Positions 57,501 through 64,000 of a stretch of 64,000 nucleotides of DNA are shown here, in pieces. The DNA is taken from the NCBI RefSeq assembly GCF_009914755.1, contig NC_060946.1; one strand, written 5' to 3'. Source of the DNA: the human T2T-CHM13v2.0 reference genome, Homo sapiens. Under the pieces are notes generated by a model, which had not been told where the DNA came from, made no database searches, and was given only the letters and a program-made list of their open reading frames with translations. Made by a program: the position numbers and the translations under genes. How positions within the stretch are numbered: position 1 is the first letter of the stretch; each line of letters opens with the position of its first letter.

Positions 57501-60500
57501 GGAGTGCAGTGGAGTGGAACTGAATGGACTGAAATGGAATGGAGTGGAGTGGAGTGGAATGGAATGGAGCGAAGGACAGTTGATAGGAGTGGAATGGAGT
57601 GAAGTTCAGTGGAGTAGAATGGAGTGGAGTGGAGTGGAGACGAATGGAATGGAATGGGAGGGAATGGAATTGAACGGAGTGGAGTGGAAGGGAGTGGAGT
57701 GGAGTACAGTGGAATTGAGTAGAGTGGAGTGGAGTAGAACGGAGTGGAGTGGAATGGAATGGTGTGGAGTGGAATAGAGTGGCGTGGAGTGGAGTGGAGT
57801 GACGTGGAGTGGAGTGGAATTGAATAAAATGCAATGGAAATGAATATAATCGAATCGCATGGAATCACATGGAATCACATGAAATTGAATCAAATGGATT
57901 CGAATTTAAACGAATGGAATGGAGGGGAGTTGAATGGAATCTAATGGAAAAAATGGAATTCAATGGAATCAAAACAAATGGAATCGAATGGCATTGAATG
58001 AAATCAAATGGAATGCAGTGAAGTGGAGTGGAGTTGAATGGAATGAAGTGGAATGGAGGGGATTGGAATGGAGTGGATTTGAATGGAATGGAATGGAATG
58101 AAGTGGATTAGAGTGAAGTGGAATGGAATGGATTGAAGTGGATTAGAGTGAAGTGGAATAGAATGGAGTGTAACGGAATGGACTGTAATGGAATGAAATA
58201 GAATGTGGTGAAATGGAGTTGAGTGGATTGGAATGAAGTGGAGTGGAATGTAGTGGAGTGGAGTGGATTGGAGGACAGTGGACTGGAATGGAATGGGATG
58301 GAATATAGTGGAAAAGAGTGGCATGGAGTGGAGTGGAATGGAGTGGAGTGGAGGGGGTTGGAGAGGATGGAGTGGAATGGAATGGAGTGCAATGGAGTCT
58401 AGTGGAGTAGACTTGAGTAGAGTGGAGATGAGTGTAATGGAATGGAGTGGAGTGGAGTGGATTGGATTGTAGTGGAATGGAATGGAATGGAACGGAATGG
58501 AGTGGAATGGAATAGAACGGAATGCAGTGAAGTGGAGTGGAATGGAGTGGAAAGGAGTGGAGTGGAATGAGTTGATTGGAATGGAGTTGAGTGGAATGGA
58601 TTGGGGTTGAGTGGAATGAAGTGGAGTGGAGGGGAGTGGCATGGAATGGAAAGTAGTGGAGTGGTGTGTAGTGGAGAGGAATGGAATGGAATGGAATGGA
58701 ATAGAATGGAGTGGAGTTCAGTGGAGTATCGTGGAATGAAGAGGACTGGAGTGGAACGGAATAGAGTTGAATGGAATGGAATGGAGTGGAGTGGAGTGCA
58801 GTGGATTGGAGTGAAATGGTATGGAAAGGAGTGCAGTGGAATTTAGTGGAGTGGTATGGAATAGAGTGGAGTGGAATGGAGTGGAGTGGATTGGAGTGGC
58901 GTGGAGTTGAATGGAATAGAATGGAATGGAATGGAATCACATGGAATCACATATAATAGAATGGAATCGAATTCAATTGAATTGAATGGAGTAGAATAGA
59001 ATGGAACAGAATCGAATTGAATTGCATGGAAAAAATGGAATCGAATGGAATCGAAACAAATGGAATCGAATTGCATCTAATGGAATAAAATGGAATGTGG
59101 TGAAGTGGAGTGGAGTGGAATGGAGTAGAACGCAAAGGGGTGGAATGGAATGGAATGGAGTGGAGTGGATTGGAGTGGAATGGAGTGGAATGTAATGGGA
59201 AGGATTCTAACAGAACGGAGTAGAGTGAAGTAAAATGGAGTTGGGTGAAATGAAATGGAGTGTAGTGAGGTGGAATGGAGTGGAGTGGAATGTTATGGAG
59301 TGGAGAGGAACGGAGTGGCATGGAATGGATTGAAGAACAGTGGATTGGAATGCCATAGAATGGAATGCAATGGAATGGAATGGAATCGCATGGAATCCCA
59401 TGGAATCACATGCAATCAAATCGAATGGAATCAAATGGAATGGAATGGAATCCAATGGAATCAAAAGGAAAAAATGGAATGAAATGTAATTGAATGGAAT
59501 CTAATAGAATGGAATTGATTGATACTGAATTGAATCGAATGGAATGTGGTGAAATGGAGTGGAGTGGATTTAAATGGACTGAAATGGAATGGGGTGGTAT
59601 GGAATTTAACGGAGTGGAGTGTAGTGGCGTGGAACTGAATGGAATGGAATAGCATGGAATCGCATGGAATCACATGGAAATTAACCGAATTGAATCGAAT
59701 TGAATTGAATGGAATCGAATGGAAAAAATTCAATTGAATGCAATCGAATGGAATTGTATCATATGGAATAGAATGGCATCGAATTGAATAGAGTGCAATG
59801 TGGGGAATTGTACTGGAGTGGAGTGGAGTGGAAAGGAAAGGGGTGGAATGGAATTGAATGGAGTGGAGTGGAGTGGAATGGAGTGGAGTGCAATGGAGTG
59901 GAATGGAATGGAATGGAATCACATGGAATTGCATGTAAGCGAATGGAAATGAATCGAATCAAATCGAAAGGAATCGAAAGCAATCGAAAAGAATCGAAAA
60001 CAATCAAAAGGAATCAAATGGAATTGAGTTGACAAAATGGAATTGAATGGAAATGAATGGAATCCAATAGAAAGGAATCCAATGGCATCGAATGGAATCG
60101 AATGGAATGCAGTGAGGTGGAGTGGAGTGGAATGGCATAAAATAGAATGAGGTGGAATGGAATTGAATGGAGTGGAGTGGAATGGAGGGGAATGCAGTGG
60201 AATGGAATGGACGGGAAGGAATGCAATTGAACGGAGTGGAGAGGAATGGAGTGAAGTAGATTGGAGTGGAGTGGACTGGACTGGAGTGGAGAGGAATGGA
60301 GTGGAATGGAAGGTGTGGAACGGAGTGGATTGTAATGGAATGGAGTGAAGAGGAATGGAGTGGAACACAGTGGAGTGGAGTCGAGTGGAGTGGAGTGCAA
60401 TGGAATAGAATGGAATGGAATTTAATGGAATCGAATGGAATGGAATCGAATAGAATGGAATCGAATGGAATCAAATGGAATTGAATGGAATCGAATGGAA

Positions 60501-63500
60501 TCGAATGTACAAAATGAAATCAAATGGAATTGAATTGAAAGGAATCCAATGGCATTGAATGGAATCGAATAGAATGTGATGAAGTGGAGTGGAGTGGGAT
60601 GGAGTAGAAAGGAATGAGGTGGAATGGAATTGAATGGAGTGGAGTGGAATAGAGTGAAATGCAGAGGAATGGAATGGGAAGGAATGGAATTCAACGGAGT
60701 GGAGTGGAGTGGAGTGGATTGGAGTGGACTGGAGTGGAGTGGAAAGGAGTGAAGTGGAATGGACTGGAATTGAATGATGTGGAATAGAGTGTTATGGAAT
60801 GGAATGGAGTGAAGAGGAATGGAGTGAAATGGAATGGAGTGGAGTGGAGTGGTGTGGAGTGGAATGGAATTGAATGGAATTGAATGGAGTGGAATGGAAT
60901 GGAATCGAATGAAATCGAATGAAATGGAATCTAATCTAATTGAGTGGAATGGAATCAAATGGAATAAAAAGGAATCAAATAGAATCGAATGGAAAAAATG
61001 GAATTGAATGGAATTGAATGGAATTAAATCAAATGGAATAGAATGGCATTGAATGGAATCAAATGGAATGAGGTGAAGTTGAGTGGGGATGAGTAGAATG
61101 GAGTCGAATTGAATGACGTGGAAAGAAATTGAATGGAGTTGAGTGGACAGTAGTGAAATGAAACAGAATGGAATCGAATTGGATGGAATGGAATTGAACG
61201 GAGTGGAGTGGTGTGGAGTGCAGGTCAATGGAGTGGAATGGAGTGGATTGGAGAGGAATGGAGTCGAGTGGAATGGAATGGAATGGAGTGGAATGGAGTG
61301 ACGTGGAGTGGAGTGGAGTGGAGTGGAATGGAACAGAATGGAATGGAATGGAATGGAATCACATGGAATCACATGTAATCATTTCAAATCGATTTGACTG
61401 AATCGAATGGAATGGAATGTAATCGAATGGAATCCAATGGAAAAAATGGAATCGAATGGAATTGAATCTAATGGAAACGAATGGCATCAAATGGAATTGA
61501 ATGGAATGTGTTGAAGTGTATTGGAGTGAAGTGGAATGCAGTGGAAAGAACTGGTTTGGAATGGAAGAGAATGAAGTGGATTGCATTGGAAAGGATTGGA
61601 ATGGAGTGGAATGGAGTGGAGTGGAGAGGAGTGGAGTGGAATGGAATGGAATTTGGTGAAGTGGAGAGGAGTGGAATGGAGTGGATTGGAATGAAATGGA
61701 ATCACATGGAAACCCATGGAATTGGATGGAAACGAATCGAATCGAGTCCAATAGAATCAAATGTAATCAAATGCAATCAAATGGAATGGAATGGAAAAAA
61801 GGGAATCAAATGGAATCAAATGGAATCGAATCAAATGAAATCTAATCTCATCGAATGAAATTAAATGGAATACGGTGAATTGGATTGGAGTGGGGTGGAA
61901 TGGAGAGGAATGGAATAGGTTGGAATGGAATTGAATGGAGTGGAAAGGAAAGGAGTGGAGTGGAATGGAATGAAATGAAATGGAACGGAAACAAATGCAA
62001 TTGAATGGAATCGAATGGAATGAAATATATCTAATGGAACGGAATGGAATCGAATGGAATCAAAAGGAATCGAATGGATTCGAATGGGAAAAATGGAATA
62101 GTGTGGTATCAAATGGAATCGCATCGAATGGAATCGAATGGCATCGAAAGGAATCAATTGGAATGTGGTGAAGTGGAGACGAGTGGATTTGAATGGAGTT
62201 AAATGGAATGATGTGAAATGGAATTCAATGGAGTGGAGTGGAGTGGAGTGGAATGGAAACTAATGACATGGAATGGAAGGGAATTGAATGGAATTGAATG
62301 GAATGGAATCGAATTGAATGGAATGGAATGGAATCAAATGGAATCAAAAGGAATCGAATGGAATCCATTGGACAAAATGGAATCGAAGAGAAACGAGTGG
62401 AATTAAATTGAATGGAATCGAATGGCATCGAATTGAATTGAATGGAATGCAGTGAAGTGGAGTGGAGGGAAATGGAGAGGAATGGAATGGAGTGGAATGG
62501 AATTGAATATAATGGAGTAGAGTGGAGTGGAGTGGAGTGGATCAGAGTGGAATGGAAATGAATGGGAAGGAATGGAATTAAACAGAACAGAGCAGACTGG
62601 AGTGGAGTGAAATGGAGTCGATTGGAGTGGAATAGAGTGGAGTGGAATTGAATGGACTGAAGTGGAATGGAGTGGCTTGGAATGGAGTGGAGTGAAGTGG
62701 AGTGGAATGGAATAGAATGGAATGGAATGGAATGGAATCTTACTGAATTGCATGGAATCACTTGGAATCAAATCGAATGGAATCGAATGGAATCTATAGA
62801 ATGGAATGTAATCGAATATAATCGAACGGCAACAAATTGAATCGAATGGAATGCGGAGCAGTGGAGTGGATTTGGGTGGAATGCAGTGGAATGGAATGGG
62901 GTGCAATGGAATTGAATGGAGTGGAGTGGAGTGGAGTGGAATGGAATGGAATGGAATGGAATAGAATGGAGTGAAGTGGAATGGAATGGAATGGAATTGC
63001 ATGGAATCGTATGGAATTGCAAGGAAACGAATCGAATTGACTGGAATCCAATGGATTCGAATGGAATTTAATGGAATGGAATGAAATGTGGTGAGGTGGA
63101 GTCGATTGGAGTGGAATGGAGTGGATAGGAATTGAATTGAGAGGAGAGTAGTGGAATGGATTAAAGAGGAATGGAGTGGAACGGAATGGAATGGAATGGA
63201 ATAGAATTGCATGGAATCGCATGGAATCACAGGGAAACGAATCGAATTGAATCAAATCAATCAAATCAAATGGAATTGAAAGGACTGGAATGGAATCGAA
63301 TGAAAAAATTCAACCAAAAGGAATCAAATGGAATTGAACACAATGGAATCGAATGGCAACGAATGGAATGGAAAGAAATGAGGTGAAGTGGAGTGGAGGG
63401 AACTGGAAAGGAGTGGAATGTAAAGGGGTGGAATGGAATTGAATGAAGTGGAGTGGAGTGGAAAGGAGTGGAGTGGAATGGAGTGGAATGGAATGGAATG

Positions 63501-64000
63501 GAATGGAGTGGAATGAAATGGAATGGAATGGAATGGAATCACATGGAATTGCATGGAGACAAATTCAATCGAATCGAATCAAATAGAGTCCACTGGAATC
63601 GAATGGAATCCAAAGAACAAAATGGAATCGAATAGAATAAAATCGAATGCAATCGAGTGGCATTGAATGGAAATGAACGGAAGACAATGAAGTGAAGTGG
63701 AGTGGATTGGAATGGAGGGAAAGGAATGGTGTGGAATGGAATTGAATGGATTGGAGTAGAGTGGAGTGGAATGGAGTGGAACGTAATGGCAAGAGAAAGA
63801 ATGGAATTGAATGGAATGGAGTGGGGTGGAATCTAGAGGAGTGGAGGGGAATGGAGTGGAGTGGAGCAGAGTGGAGTCGAATGGAATGGATTGAAGCAGA
63901 GTGGAGTAGAGTGGAGTAGAGTGGAATAGAATGGAGTGGAGTGGAGTGGAGTGAAATGGAATGGAGTGGAATGGAGGGGAGTAGAGTGGCATGGAGTGGA
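48571..64000 (+). repeat. Pentamer satellite domain B (HSat3-like with CGAAT/CAAAT blocks), no Alu cassette
   Basis: Recurrent GGAATCACATGGAATCGCATGGAAACGAATCGAATC...AAAAAATGGAATCG...AATGGCATCGAATGG...G(C/T)GGTGAAGTGG blocks alternate with GGAGT/GGAAT blocks. Confidence 0.88.

Noticed and set aside
60928-60945. DUX4-like motif TAATCTAATTGA
   Set aside because: A single imperfect match, expected by chance in this sequence composition.
22756-64000. Hundreds of ORFs up to 648 aa (MEWNG.../HSIPF...)
   Set aside because: These are translations of GGAAT/ATTCC pentamers, which lack stop codons. They occur in all frames and are low complexity, with no evidence of coding function.

Overview
Hominid (probably human) pericentromeric DNA with no host protein-coding gene. 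From left to right: (1) the end of an alpha-satellite higher-order repeat (HOR) array with a ~3,423-bp, 20-monomer period (1-~7765); (2) divergent/monomeric alpha satellite (to 22790) carrying a full-length but inactivated L1PA2/PA3-type LINE-1 (minus strand, 13-bp target-site duplication) and a 5'-truncated L1PA4-like LINE-1 (plus strand); (3) a sharp junction into ~41 kb of GGAAT/GGAGT pentamer satellite (HSat3-like). That satellite has two domains. The first (22791-~48570) is punctuated by 27 co-oriented copies of a fixed ~77-bp cassette whose core is the 3' end of an Alu right arm, followed by AATAAA and then the GGAAT pentamers. The second (~48570-64000) lacks the cassette and alternates CGAAT/CAAAT-rich and GGAGT-rich blocks. 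The Alu-tail cassette architecture is the most notable observation. Whether it is already catalogued cannot be judged without a database search. The hundreds of satellite ORFs are artefacts.
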